From Eubacteriales bacterium (GTDB lineage: Bacteria > Bacillota > Clostridia > Oscillospirales > CAG-272): a stretch of DNA of 64,000 bases. Location of the stretch: positions 7,807-71,806 of the forward strand of contig JAZRIF010000212.1 in NCBI GenBank assembly GCA_045645165.1, read 5' to 3'. Under the pieces are notes generated by a model. That model did no database searches. It had not been told where the DNA came from and worked only from the letters and a program-made list of their open reading frames with translations. Both the position numbers and the translations under genes were made by a program. Shown here piece after piece: positions 9,163 through 18,360 of this stretch; positions within the stretch are counted from its first letter, which is position 1; the number at the start of each line of letters is the position of its first letter.

Positions 9163-10026
9163 TTAACCTTGATTCTTATCGTATACGTCGTACTCGTCCC
9201 AGATATGCTCCAGCTTTTCCAGGCGTGCTCTGACTTCGTCTTCATGAGCACGGGATACACCCACAATGATGGCATTGAGCAAAGACAGAGGGGCTACCAG
9301 GGAATCCACGTAGGAGGCCATATCACTCTGGGCGATCAGCACCTGCTGAGCGGAGGGTGCGATGGGGGATTCGGGGCTATCCGTCAGGGCGATGACGTCG
9401 GCACCTGCGCGGCGGGCGAATTCCACCGCTTTGATGACACGCTTAGAGTAGCGGGGGAAACTGATGGCCACAATGACGTCGCCCTCACCGATGGACATCA
9501 TTTGCTGGAAAAGCTCACTTCCTGCCGTGGTGTCAATGAGGCGGACGTTATCAAAGATCATTTGCAAGCTGTAGCTGAGGAAATTCGCCAGCATGGCCGA
9601 GGAGCGCACGCCGATGATGTAGATATTCTTGGCTTTAACAATGGCGTTTACCGCGTCCTGAAAAGCGGCACGGCTGATGCAATCCAGAGTGTGGCGGATG
9701 TTATCCACATTGGTATTCAGTACCTTTTCCAGTACGTCGCCGTCACCGATAAGGTGATTGGTAACCTCCATGCGCTGGAAAGAAGTCAGCTTCGTGCGGA
9801 TAAGCTCCTGGAGGGCTTTCTGGAATTCGGGGTAGCCGGCGTAGCCCAACTCCATAACAAAGCGCACCACAGTGGACTCGGATACGCTGACTTCGGCACC
9901 CAGCTTGGCTGCGGTCATATACGCGGCTTTATCGTAGTGGGCAAGGAGATAGCGGGCGATCTGGCGCTGACCCTTGGAGAAGCCGTCCATATTCTCTTCG
10001 ATGATACGAAGGATGTCACGTTTCAT
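9163..10026 (-). CDS. MurR/RpiR-family transcriptional regulator (HTH + SIS domain)
   Basis: MKRDILRIIEENMDGFSKGQRQIARYLL is an HTH_6-type N-terminus with a SIS domain after it. Start moved to the ATG at 10026 (RBS aaggacgga); the track extension to 10083 lies in the promoter region. Confidence 0.9.
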   Translation of the reverse strand: MKRDILRIIEENMDGFSKGQRQIARYLLAHYDKAAYMTAAKLGAEVSVSESTVVRFVMELGYAGYPEFQKALQELIRTKLTSFQRMEVTNHLIGDGDVLEKVLNTNVDNIRHTLDCISRAAFQDAVNAIVKAKNIYIIGVRSSAMLANFLSYSLQMIFDNVRLIDTTAGSELFQQMMSIGEGDVIVAISFPRYSKRVIKAVEFARRAGADVIALTDSPESPIAPSAQQVLIAQSDMASYVDSLVAPLSLLNAIIVGVSRAHEDEVRARLEKLEHIWDEYDVYDKNQG

Positions 10027-10088
10027 ATTATTTAGTCCGTCCTTTGATTGTTGAGTCTGAAAGTTCGGGGAATTCACATACAAAGTTT

Positions 10089-10117
10089 ATTATAGCACAC
10101 AAACGAAAAAAAGTCAA
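10089..10117 (-). promoter_or_regulatory. Sigma-A promoter for the RpiR-family gene
   Basis: On the minus strand: TTGACT, a 17-nt spacer, then TATAAT. Confidence 0.6.
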
Positions 10118-10149
10118 CGGTTTTTGCAAGTCGAGAGCAAATATATTGC

Positions 10150-10192
10150 AAAAAAGAATGGTGTCCGAGTTGCGAAACGCAACTCAGACACC
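10150..10192 (-). terminator. Rho-independent terminator after the ComEC-like MBL gene
   Basis: On the minus strand: GGTGTCTGAGTTGCG-ttt-CGCAACTCGGACACC (15-bp stem, 1 mismatch), followed by attcttttttgc. Confidence 0.75.
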
Positions 10193-10200
10193 GCTTATCT

Positions 10201-11166
10201 TTACTTTTTCTCGGGTTCTCCGCCTGTAGAGGTAAATACGATACTTCCCTCCAGATCGGTGCGGTGGAGTTTCACATTCATGGCCTCATAGCGCACCAGA
10301 ATCTCCTGGACGGGATGGCCGTAACTGTTGCCCTTACCTACCGAAATCACACCGTATTCAGGGGTTACGGCATTCAAAAACGCCTGACCCGATGATGTAT
10401 CGGAGCCGTGGTGGCCCACCTTAATGAGATCACAGTCCAGCATACCGCCGGCCGATGCACCGTAGCGCTGAATCATTTCATTCTCCGAGAATACTTCCGC
10501 ATCTCCCGTCAGCATCACAGAGGTTTCGCCGTAATCAACCCGCAGCACAATGCTGTAATCATTGAGTTCTTTGTATCCCGTACCGATGGGAGCAAGGATG
10601 GTGCATTTTAACTCACCGACTTTAAAGGTCTTATCCGCCTCCGCCTTGATAACCTCACAATTCTCCGCCTCGATGGCGTCCATCATATCGGTATAGGTCT
10701 TGGAAGTATGGGTCACGTCCGGAAGAATCACGCGCTTGATGTTATATGCTTTCAGAACATCGTCCGCACAGCCGATGTGATCCTCATGGGGATGGGTAAA
10801 GACGGCATATTCGATATCCTTGACACCCAAATTATCAAGATAAGCCAAAAGTTCGTCTTTTGCCTTCGCCGTACTGGCATCGATCAGCATATCTCCGTCG
10901 GGAGTACGGATCAGAATGGCATCACCTTGGCCAACGTCCATAAAATGAAACTGGACTTCATTCCCACTGACAGGTTCTACCGTCGGTTTATTCGTCAGGG
11001 CGTCTTTTCCAAAAATAAAACCGAGTATGGCTACTATAATGACTACAACGGTGATCGTGAAATTTTTAATCTTTCTGTATTTACGCTTGTACTTTTTCAG
11101 CTTGTTCTTATTCTTGGTTTCTCTTGCTTTGTCAGCGCTTTTTTGCTTGTCTTGTGCTGTTGCCAT
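10201..11166 (-). CDS. Membrane-anchored metallo-beta-lactamase-fold protein, ComEC C-terminal-domain-like
   Basis: 321 aa. Lys-rich N-terminus plus one TM, then HFMDVGQGDAILIRTPDGDMLIDA and FTHPHEDHIG (HxHxDH). Confidence 0.8.
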   Translation of the reverse strand: MATAQDKQKSADKARETKNKNKLKKYKRKYRKIKNFTITVVVIIVAILGFIFGKDALTNKPTVEPVSGNEVQFHFMDVGQGDAILIRTPDGDMLIDASTAKAKDELLAYLDNLGVKDIEYAVFTHPHEDHIGCADDVLKAYNIKRVILPDVTHTSKTYTDMMDAIEAENCEVIKAEADKTFKVGELKCTILAPIGTGYKELNDYSIVLRVDYGETSVMLTGDAEVFSENEMIQRYGASAGGMLDCDLIKVGHHGSDTSSGQAFLNAVTPEYGVISVGKGNSYGHPVQEILVRYEAMNVKLHRTDLEGSIVFTSTGGEPEKK

Positions 11167-11187
11167 TGTTTTTTCTCCTTTCTCGGC

Positions 11188-13218
11188 TTAAAGCATGATT
11201 TCGATATATGCGGCGCAATTCCCTTCGGGGAATCTGACGGTCAGGTATCCGTCGTTCAGCGAGCAGGCATAGCCTGCGAGATCGGGATAGGTGCGGATCA
11301 CGGTGGCATCATCCGAAACGTAGGGAGTCAGGTCGATCACGGTTTCTCTCTCCTCCGTGTTGATCTGCCAAACGGCCAGGAGAAGCTTCCCTGCCTCGCG
11401 GTTCACAAGGCCCAGGGCGGTATGTCCCTCATGGCTCATACGGGAGAGTCCCATGGGGTATACGGGAATCGATCGAGCCAGAATATCGCGGTTCTCCTTA
11501 TAGATGGAGATCGCGTCGGCGATCAGCTTGCGGTTCAGTTCGTCGGCGTAGCAGATGCGACCCGACAGGTACATGGCGCCCATCATGCCGTTGACCATAT
11601 TGAAAGCGGTCTGATTACCGTCAGCACAGCTTTCCACGGTGGCCTTGACGTTGTCTCCCACCACGGGATACACATCTCCCTGCTCGGGCATTTGGTGGAA
11701 GTCCACGGGGTAGGGGTACGCCCAGATACCCGCCCGCTCGGGAGGCATGCAAGCCACCATGCCCTGGATGATGGAGGGGTAGCGGTCGTAGTATTCCTGG
11801 TCGCTGGTGGATTGGATGTGGAAATGGGACAGGGTGGTGTGGTCGCACCGCATGGCACCCGATCCGCAGTTTTCGATCATGAGGCCGGGATGGGTGGAGA
11901 TCACCTCGTCAACGAAATCATAGAATGCTTCGGTATGTTCCCGCAGAGCTTCGGCCATGGATTCGTCGGCGCCCTCCAAGGGGTCGATGCCGATGCCCGT
12001 GGAGTGATTGTAGTCGTTCTTGATGAAGCGCACACCCATATCGTACAGGTCGTCGAAGACCTTCATGAGGTGCTTCCGTACGACGGGCTTGCGGAAATCC
12101 ACGAAGCATTGACCGCGGCCGATGGGATGACCGTGGCGGGTCAGGAGGGCTTCGGGGTGGGCCTTGGCAAAGTCGGAATTTGCATCGGCGGTCTCGATCT
12201 CCAGCCACACGCCGGGGAGCATGCCATGAAGTGCAATGTCGTCCAGAATCCCTTGCAGGCCGCCATCGCCGAACAGCTCGTCGTAGGGCTGCCAATCGCC
12301 GTTGTGCTTATACCACTCGCCCCGCTTACCGAACCAGCCTGCGTCGATGCAGAACACCTCACAACCTGCCTCGGAGGCCGCCTTGATCAGGGGCATGAGA
12401 CGGTCACGGGAGGGCTGAGCCCACAGGCAGTTCATGTAGTCGTTGAAGCATACGGGGGTGTGTCCCATGGGGAAATCGGTATGATACGTAGTCCGCTTGC
12501 AGGCGGTCAGTTCGGCGATCGCTTCCTCAAAGCCACCCTTAACACAGCCGTACAGGGCAGGAGCGGCGGTATAGGTCTCACCGGGGGCCAGGATCTTATA
12601 CCAACCTCCGTTCTTCTCGAAAGCGGCTGACATCATGACGCAGAGAGCGGAATTTTCCTTATAGCCCTTGGCGCTGACCTCTATGTACCAGTTAGAGCCC
12701 GTAAGAATTTCAAAATAGTGGGTCTCCTCCGTTTCGGTATCCTCGATGAGGATCATGGGGTAGTGGCGGAAGGTGGTCCAACTTCCCTGGGAGTAGAGAC
12801 GGAATGTGGTCTGGTGGCCGTGATTATAGGTGGGATAAAGTCCCAGCTCCTCAATATCGGCGTGGCGCCATTGGCCTTCGCCCTGCCAGACCGAGTGGGC
12901 GTAGTGAATGACGAAGCGATGATCATACCATTTCTTCCCTTCGGCTCCGATACCCGTCATAAATGCGGAGGACAGACAATCCAGAAGAAGGGGCTCGGCG
13001 CCGTCGTTGCGGATGGACGTGGTCAGACGGGTGGCGCCGTCAAAGAGCTCGCGGGACTCGGTAACGGTGGCGTTGTGACCCGCCAGTTTCCAGACGGTAT
13101 TGCCGCTTTTTCCGTCCCCCGATACCAGCTCGGCGCGGTCATTCGCCACGTCGTCGTTGTGGTAGGGGGCACAGCTCTCGGCGTTGAAATTGAGGTAAAA
13201 AGCAGGTGTGACAGACAT
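11188..13218 (-). CDS. GH36-family alpha-galactosidase-like glycoside hydrolase
   Basis: CFNDYMNCLW, FCIDAGWF, GVWLEIE, VRFIKNDYN and IENCGSGAMRCD follow the GH36 catalytic-barrel pattern. Start set at the ATG at 13218 (RBS aaggaga, 7-nt spacing), 2 nt after the upstream stop. Confidence 0.8.
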   Translation of the reverse strand: MSVTPAFYLNFNAESCAPYHNDDVANDRAELVSGDGKSGNTVWKLAGHNATVTESRELFDGATRLTTSIRNDGAEPLLLDCLSSAFMTGIGAEGKKWYDHRFVIHYAHSVWQGEGQWRHADIEELGLYPTYNHGHQTTFRLYSQGSWTTFRHYPMILIEDTETEETHYFEILTGSNWYIEVSAKGYKENSALCVMMSAAFEKNGGWYKILAPGETYTAAPALYGCVKGGFEEAIAELTACKRTTYHTDFPMGHTPVCFNDYMNCLWAQPSRDRLMPLIKAASEAGCEVFCIDAGWFGKRGEWYKHNGDWQPYDELFGDGGLQGILDDIALHGMLPGVWLEIETADANSDFAKAHPEALLTRHGHPIGRGQCFVDFRKPVVRKHLMKVFDDLYDMGVRFIKNDYNHSTGIGIDPLEGADESMAEALREHTEAFYDFVDEVISTHPGLMIENCGSGAMRCDHTTLSHFHIQSTSDQEYYDRYPSIIQGMVACMPPERAGIWAYPYPVDFHQMPEQGDVYPVVGDNVKATVESCADGNQTAFNMVNGMMGAMYLSGRICYADELNRKLIADAISIYKENRDILARSIPVYPMGLSRMSHEGHTALGLVNREAGKLLLAVWQINTEERETVIDLTPYVSDDATVIRTYPDLAGYACSLNDGYLTVRFPEGNCAAYIEIML

Positions 13219-13220
13219 GA

Positions 13221-15083
13221 TCATTCTCCTTTTCGTAAGGCGTTCAGGTAAGCGAGGATACCGCAGAGATTGATGGCGCTCTCCCACGGGCGGTAGGGGC
13301 AGGAGGCTGCCGAGGGTTTACCGCTGCGGTAGTATTCGGTCCAGACCGCGCCCTTGACGCGGTCAGAAAGAAGCTCATCCAGAAGGTCGCGGTAAGCGGG
13401 GAGATCTTCCGACGGAAGGACGTGGGCGAGGGTATACAGGATGACACCGTACTCGTAGCCGACGGTATTTTCGGGATTGGCGGCGCCGAATCCGCTCTTT
13501 CGGATGGACTCCACCGAGCGGGTCAGGGCAGCTTGTAAAGTCATTTCGGGCAAGAGCTCACAGCCTGCAAAGACGGCCATCCACAGGGCGCAATCGGTAC
13601 TGTACCGCTCGGTTGTCACGGGAGCGGGGGAGAGGCCGTAGCAGGCGGGACAGAGGTAGCCTCCCTCACCGTCGCGGATCAGGTTGGTCATCCACGAACA
13701 GCGGTGGCAGACGCCGTGGCGGTATTTTGGAGTCTCTCCCACCTTGGCACGATTGGGATTATTGATGTAGACGGTATCGCCCTCGGTGAAATTCTCGGCA
13801 AAGCGTGTGCGGGCGGTCTCCGCCGCGACACGATGGGTACCGATCTCGTCGGCATCCATCAAGCCATGCTTTTCGCAGGCATGCAACAGGCGGGTGGCCG
13901 AACCAATGTAGAGCGCCGTGGCCTCCATGGAGCCGTGGTCGATGCCGCTTCGGGGGAAAATGCCTCCCGCTATGTAGGTCTCGTCGCCGTTGAAGGGGAT
14001 CATGCCGTTTTTCAGTTGGTTTTCCTGGGCGGTCAGCAAGAAACGGGCGTAATCCATGCGGTCACCAAGGAAATCGGTGTCCCCCGTCGTCTCGGCGTAA
14101 TCCAACAGTTCCAGGAGGTAATACCCCGTTTGCTCTACGTCGTCGTTTTCATGGCGGTGGGAGCAGCTCATGCCCATGCCCGATGCGTTGGGCATATAGC
14201 CCTTTGCGCGGTATACGTTGCACATATATTCCACCATGCGGCGGGCGTAGTCGTAGAGGCCTAAAGCCATATATCCGCGAAACACGCCGTACATATCCCG
14301 CCCGTAGGCCAGATGGTAGAAGGCGCCTGCAATCACGCCGCCCTCGGCAGAGGTCTGGGTGATGAGGGCGGTTGCAACGGCCTCGATGAGCTCGTCGGCA
14401 TCGGGAACGGAAGCCAAAGCGGCGCAATTTACCTTGATGGAATGAAAAATCTCCTGCCAATGGGCACGGAAGTCGTCGTAGATACGGTCAAAATCGGAGG
14501 AAATCAGGGTTTCGGACAGGGTCATGCAATTTGCAAAGCTATCCGTACCGCGCTCACCGTAGTCACCGCCCACAAAGATGAGATGGGACTGTCCTGCCGG
14601 GAAGGTGATGCTTCCCTCCTTTTCCGTACAGTTGGGAGAAAGAAGAAGCTGACAGATGGTCTCTTTGTCGGTTTTGGACTTGGAGAAGACCACGGTGCCG
14701 TCGGGGATCTCAAAGAGACGGGAAAGGGCGCGGCCGCTATACAGGTTATTCGTGTTGACCGCGCGGAATGGGGATTCAAACGTAAAAGTTACGGGATGCG
14801 CCAGGCTCAGGCGGCGAATGAACACGGGAAGGGTGGGATGGGTATAGTCGGTGATCTCGCCGACAAGTACGCCGTCAGCGGTCAGTTTGGTGACGTAGCC
14901 CGCCGAGCCTCGGATGCGGTAGCTTTCTGCTTTGATCGAGGCCTCATTCATGCGGAGCGTCATAACGCTCGGCATAGAGTAGCAGGGGGCGAAAAGCTGT
15001 AAAATATCGGCACCCTCGCCACCCATGGCGACACGACCGTTTCCGATAAAGTGGAGGGATTCAACAGGGATAAGCGTTTGCAT
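13221..15083 (-). CDS. Hypothetical (alpha/alpha)6 six-hairpin glycosidase-like protein with inserted CxxC-x15-CxxC zinc ribbon
   Basis: 620-aa ORF with protein-like composition. The helical-repeat middle region (YHLAYGRDMYGVFRGYMALGLYDYARRMVEYM; QTGYYLLELLDYAETTGD) is reminiscent of GH15/GH63-like barrels. The CHRC...CPAC insert lies at nt 13641-13709. Function is tentative. Confidence 0.5.
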   Translation of the reverse strand: MQTLIPVESLHFIGNGRVAMGGEGADILQLFAPCYSMPSVMTLRMNEASIKAESYRIRGSAGYVTKLTADGVLVGEITDYTHPTLPVFIRRLSLAHPVTFTFESPFRAVNTNNLYSGRALSRLFEIPDGTVVFSKSKTDKETICQLLLSPNCTEKEGSITFPAGQSHLIFVGGDYGERGTDSFANCMTLSETLISSDFDRIYDDFRAHWQEIFHSIKVNCAALASVPDADELIEAVATALITQTSAEGGVIAGAFYHLAYGRDMYGVFRGYMALGLYDYARRMVEYMCNVYRAKGYMPNASGMGMSCSHRHENDDVEQTGYYLLELLDYAETTGDTDFLGDRMDYARFLLTAQENQLKNGMIPFNGDETYIAGGIFPRSGIDHGSMEATALYIGSATRLLHACEKHGLMDADEIGTHRVAAETARTRFAENFTEGDTVYINNPNRAKVGETPKYRHGVCHRCSWMTNLIRDGEGGYLCPACYGLSPAPVTTERYSTDCALWMAVFAGCELLPEMTLQAALTRSVESIRKSGFGAANPENTVGYEYGVILYTLAHVLPSEDLPAYRDLLDELLSDRVKGAVWTEYYRSGKPSAASCPYRPWESAINLCGILAYLNALRKGE

Positions 15084-15099
15084 AACGCGCTCCTTTCGG

Positions 15100-16038
15100 T
15101 CAGGGCTCAGTAGCCTGTTTCTTTTTGAAATTCAACTGGGACAGGACGATGCCCGCGAAAATGATGAGACAGCCCACGTAGCCGATGGGAAGGATTTCCT
15201 GGTCCATATGAAGATACTCGGGTGTGATCAGATTCCAAAGCAGACCGCCGATGGCGGCAAAGACCGACTCGGTAGAGAAAATAAGGGCGGCGTATGTTGG
15301 TTCCATGTGTTTTTGCGCCAGCACCTGCATGGTGTAGGCTACGCCCACGGACAAAACACCGCAGTAGAGAATCGCCCATTTTGCCTCCCAGACCCCTGCC
15401 CAGGTGATGTCCTCAAAGATCACACCCGCCAAAAGGCTCAGCGCACCGCACACAAAGAATTGCCCGGCGGAGAAACGCAACGGAGATACGTCGGCGATGA
15501 CATGGTCCACCAAAAGGATGTGCCCTGCCCAAAAGACAGCGCTCAGCAGGAGCACCAGCTCCCCCAGACCAAACATGGTTCCCTCCCCATCGCGTACACA
15601 GAGAAGGTAGAGACCGACGGTGGCGAGGATACAGCCCAGCCAGGTGTTCCAGCCCGTTTTCTTGCGAAAAATCAAGAAGTAAAATACGGGAGTCAGTACC
15701 GAGTAAAGTCCTGTAATGAAACCACCCTTGCCGGGATCGCGGGTGAGTAATGCACCAAATTGCTGCAAGCCTGCGGCAATGAACAAGAACAGTCCGCCTA
15801 ATAGGGCACACAAAGCGGTATGCTTATGCCGAGATCGACGCTCCACGGTGGTCAAATCCTGCTCTTTTTCAAAGATCGAGAATACGGGAATGAGGGAGAC
15901 GGCGCCCAGCATGAAGCGGATGCCGTTGAAGGTAAAGGGTTCTACGTGATCACTCCCCAACACCTGGGCGACGAATGCGAAGCCCCAAATCATGGCGGTG
16001 AAGAAGAGCATAACGGAAGATGTGAATTTTGATTTCAT
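15100..16038 (-). CDS. DMT-superfamily (EamA-like) transporter
   Basis: 312 aa with about 10 TM segments. The N-terminal MLFFTAMIWGFAFVAQ is typical of EamA/RhaT proteins. Confidence 0.85.
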   Translation of the reverse strand: MKSKFTSSVMLFFTAMIWGFAFVAQVLGSDHVEPFTFNGIRFMLGAVSLIPVFSIFEKEQDLTTVERRSRHKHTALCALLGGLFLFIAAGLQQFGALLTRDPGKGGFITGLYSVLTPVFYFLIFRKKTGWNTWLGCILATVGLYLLCVRDGEGTMFGLGELVLLLSAVFWAGHILLVDHVIADVSPLRFSAGQFFVCGALSLLAGVIFEDITWAGVWEAKWAILYCGVLSVGVAYTMQVLAQKHMEPTYAALIFSTESVFAAIGGLLWNLITPEYLHMDQEILPIGYVGCLIIFAGIVLSQLNFKKKQATEP

Positions 16039-16071
16039 AGGTTGGGTTCCTTTTTAGGGATCTTGATGGGT

Positions 16072-16686
16072 TCATGCAAACCATGTCTTTTTGGTAGTGA
16101 CGGGGCATTGGATCCCTTGCTTTTTCATGGCATGGAGGATCCTTTCGGCAGAGCCGTCGTAGTGGTAGACGGCGGCATCCACCGTGATGGACCGTTTGCC
16201 TATGTAGATACTGTAGGAACCAAAATGCTTTTGTTTTCCGACGACACGCTCAAAACGGCTCGGTATCCGATCATCCTTGGGAGGATTTTTGGGCATACGG
16301 CGTTCAATTCCTGTGATGTCGGGATAGTAAACAGTGCGCGTACGGCGAAAGATATTGCGGTACACGATGTGGTCATCCTTGATTTCTATGCACCAGTTGA
16401 GAGCGATCAGGACAAGCCATCCTCCCCCAATGGCAAGAAGAGAAAATAGCGGGATCCCCAGCAGAAGATACAGGAACCTTGCTTCCTCCCAGTCCTCCGC
16501 GCTGAGCATTTCAATGATCATCCACACGGATGCTACGGGCGTTCCGATACCCAAGGCCGCCAAATAACGGGGAGCCCTCAGCATATTTCGCGGCACCCGC
16601 TTAGCATAATCCTCCTCAAAAGCCAATGTGACACAGAAAAGGATCCCCCATAGGATAATCCCAATTATTTCCGGTATCCGGTTCAT
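16072..16686 (-). CDS. Hypothetical membrane protein
   Basis: 204 aa with 4 predicted TM segments, then a soluble basic domain. A 4-nt overlap with the upstream ORF suggests coupling. Confidence 0.65.
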   Translation of the reverse strand: MNRIPEIIGIILWGILFCVTLAFEEDYAKRVPRNMLRAPRYLAALGIGTPVASVWMIIEMLSAEDWEEARFLYLLLGIPLFSLLAIGGGWLVLIALNWCIEIKDDHIVYRNIFRRTRTVYYPDITGIERRMPKNPPKDDRIPSRFERVVGKQKHFGSYSIYIGKRSITVDAAVYHYDGSAERILHAMKKQGIQCPVTTKKTWFA

Positions 16687-17510
16687 TCCTTCACCTCAAA
16701 GTCCGCGATGGCCTTGAAGAAGGCCATATCCTCGGCGTATCTCGCCTCGTTCTTACTGCGGCCGCCCAGCGTGGGCAGGTGGAGGCAGATGATAGAGTTC
16801 TCGGGAAGAACCTGGGCGGCAGGGTTGTACTTGTAGAAATCGGTATCCTTCAGGGCGATGCCGAAACCGTCCTCCAGCGCGCCCGCAGGGAGGTTCCCAT
16901 CGGTATAAATTTCCGAAAGGGGCTTCAAGCGGTGGGCGTCCCGCAGGGTAGCGTAGAGGTAGGGGCTGAGGATGTAGACCGAGGTCTCTCCCGTCATAGT
17001 GTACTGGGAAAAGTTCTTGTACTCGGTGATGTTGTACTGGCGGTTGATGTGGAAGGAGTCGGTTTCTCCCTCCTCGTTCGTCATGGCGGCGTACTCCTCA
17101 CGGGCGGATTCGTATTCCTCCTCGGAGTAAACCTGATACTCCACGATATTCACCAACTTTTCTCCATCGCTGTTGAAGTCCTCCGGGCAGAATCGGGTGA
17201 TGAGTTTTTCAAACTCGGCTCGTTCATCCTTATTCATACGGTAGGTGGAGCCGAAGACGATGGAGGTATCATAATCGGGACGACCCACGAACTGGAAGAG
17301 GCAAATAATGGCCACTGATACGAAAAAAGTCACGATAATGACTGTCCATTTATGGTGATACCAGAAATTATCCAATCGACGCAGCGTGGGAGAGGCGGCA
17401 ACAATGTCACCTGCTTTCAGCTTGTCGCCCGAACCGAGATTCTCGTTCTGATCCTCGGGTTCGGGGGGGTCAATGGGATTCTGGCGATAGTTGACATGGT
17501 AATTGGACAT
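16683..17510 (-). CDS. Hypothetical single-pass membrane protein
   Basis: Start set at the ATG at 17510 (RBS gaaaggaaaa). The track's 5' extension to 17657 runs through intergenic hairpins. It has one TM (WTVIIVTFFVSVAIICLF) and an acidic extracytoplasmic domain. Confidence 0.65.
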   Translation of the reverse strand: MSNYHVNYRQNPIDPPEPEDQNENLGSGDKLKAGDIVAASPTLRRLDNFWYHHKWTVIIVTFFVSVAIICLFQFVGRPDYDTSIVFGSTYRMNKDERAEFEKLITRFCPEDFNSDGEKLVNIVEYQVYSEEEYESAREEYAAMTNEEGETDSFHINRQYNITEYKNFSQYTMTGETSVYILSPYLYATLRDAHRLKPLSEIYTDGNLPAGALEDGFGIALKDTDFYKYNPAAQVLPENSIICLHLPTLGGRSKNEARYAEDMAFFKAIADFEVKE

Positions 17511-17638
17511 GGGTTTTCCTTTCTGATCAAAACGAAGTGTACCGGGGATTTGCCCCCGATCACCTACCAAAGCCCTTCGTGAAAGAAAGATGTTGGATTC
17601 TAAAGAACTAAGAAATGAGTTATAAAAGTTTTGGGAGT

Positions 17639-17668
17639 TCCAAGAACCTTTTTTCAAAAAGGTTCTTG
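17639..17668 (-). terminator. Perfect 14-bp hairpin downstream of greA (terminator-like, no clear U-tract)
   Basis: CCAAGAACCTTTTT-ga-AAAAAGGTTCTTGG. One of four hairpins between greA and the next gene. Confidence 0.4.
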
Positions 17669-17780
17669 GCGGGGTACAGGGGCAGCGCCCCTGTATAATA
17701 AGTACAAAGAGAAGGAACCGGCCGCCGCGGCTCGCGATCTGCAGCCGATTGAGAGACGTCCAAGTTCCTTCCCTTTCAGA

Positions 17781-18269
17781 TTAGTGGCCTGCGCGGGTGA
17801 CTTCCTTCACCTCAAAGTGAAGCTCGCCTGCGGGCGCGGTAACGGTAACGCGGTCACCGGCCTTCTTACCCATAAGGGCGCGACCGATGGGAGACTGATC
17901 GGAGATCATATGCTCCAGAGGATCTGCCTGGTTGGAGCCGACGATGCTGTAAGTGATCTCCTCGTCGAAGTCTTCGTCGTAAAGCTTGACAACCGAACCA
18001 AGGCTGATGGAACGGGCGTCCATCATGCTCTCGTCGATGATCTCGGCGTTCTCAATGAGGGATTCCAACTCCTGGATGCGGGCTTCTACCTTGGCCTGCT
18101 CGTTTCTGGCCTCGTCGTACTCGGCGTTCTCGGAAAGGTCACCGAAGCCACGGGCAACGGCGATCTGCTCCTTGATTTCTTCACGGCGGGTCAGTTTCAG
18201 GTATTTCAGCTCGTCAACGAGATCCTGATAACCCTGTTTTGTATACTTCTGCTTGATGTTCTCTGCCAT
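17781..18269 (-). CDS. greA: Transcription elongation factor GreA
   Basis: MAENIKQKYTKQGYQDLVDELKYL...GDLSENAEYDEARNEQ is the classic GreA coiled-coil. Start is the ATG at 18269 with RBS aaggaga. Confidence 0.95.
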   Translation of the reverse strand: MAENIKQKYTKQGYQDLVDELKYLKLTRREEIKEQIAVARGFGDLSENAEYDEARNEQAKVEARIQELESLIENAEIIDESMMDARSISLGSVVKLYDEDFDEEITYSIVGSNQADPLEHMISDQSPIGRALMGKKAGDRVTVTAPAGELHFEVKEVTRAGH

Positions 18270-18360
18270 TGTTCTGGTCTCCTTATGTGCTGATATTATG
18301 CCGCTCTTGGGAGCGGACACCCAACGGAGCGGGCCATCACCCGCTCCGAGGGAATCCCCT

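Noticed and set aside
10708-12630. 640-aa + strand ORF
   Set aside because: It is antisense to the GH36 gene and the ComEC-like gene, and crosses their boundary. It has no motifs.
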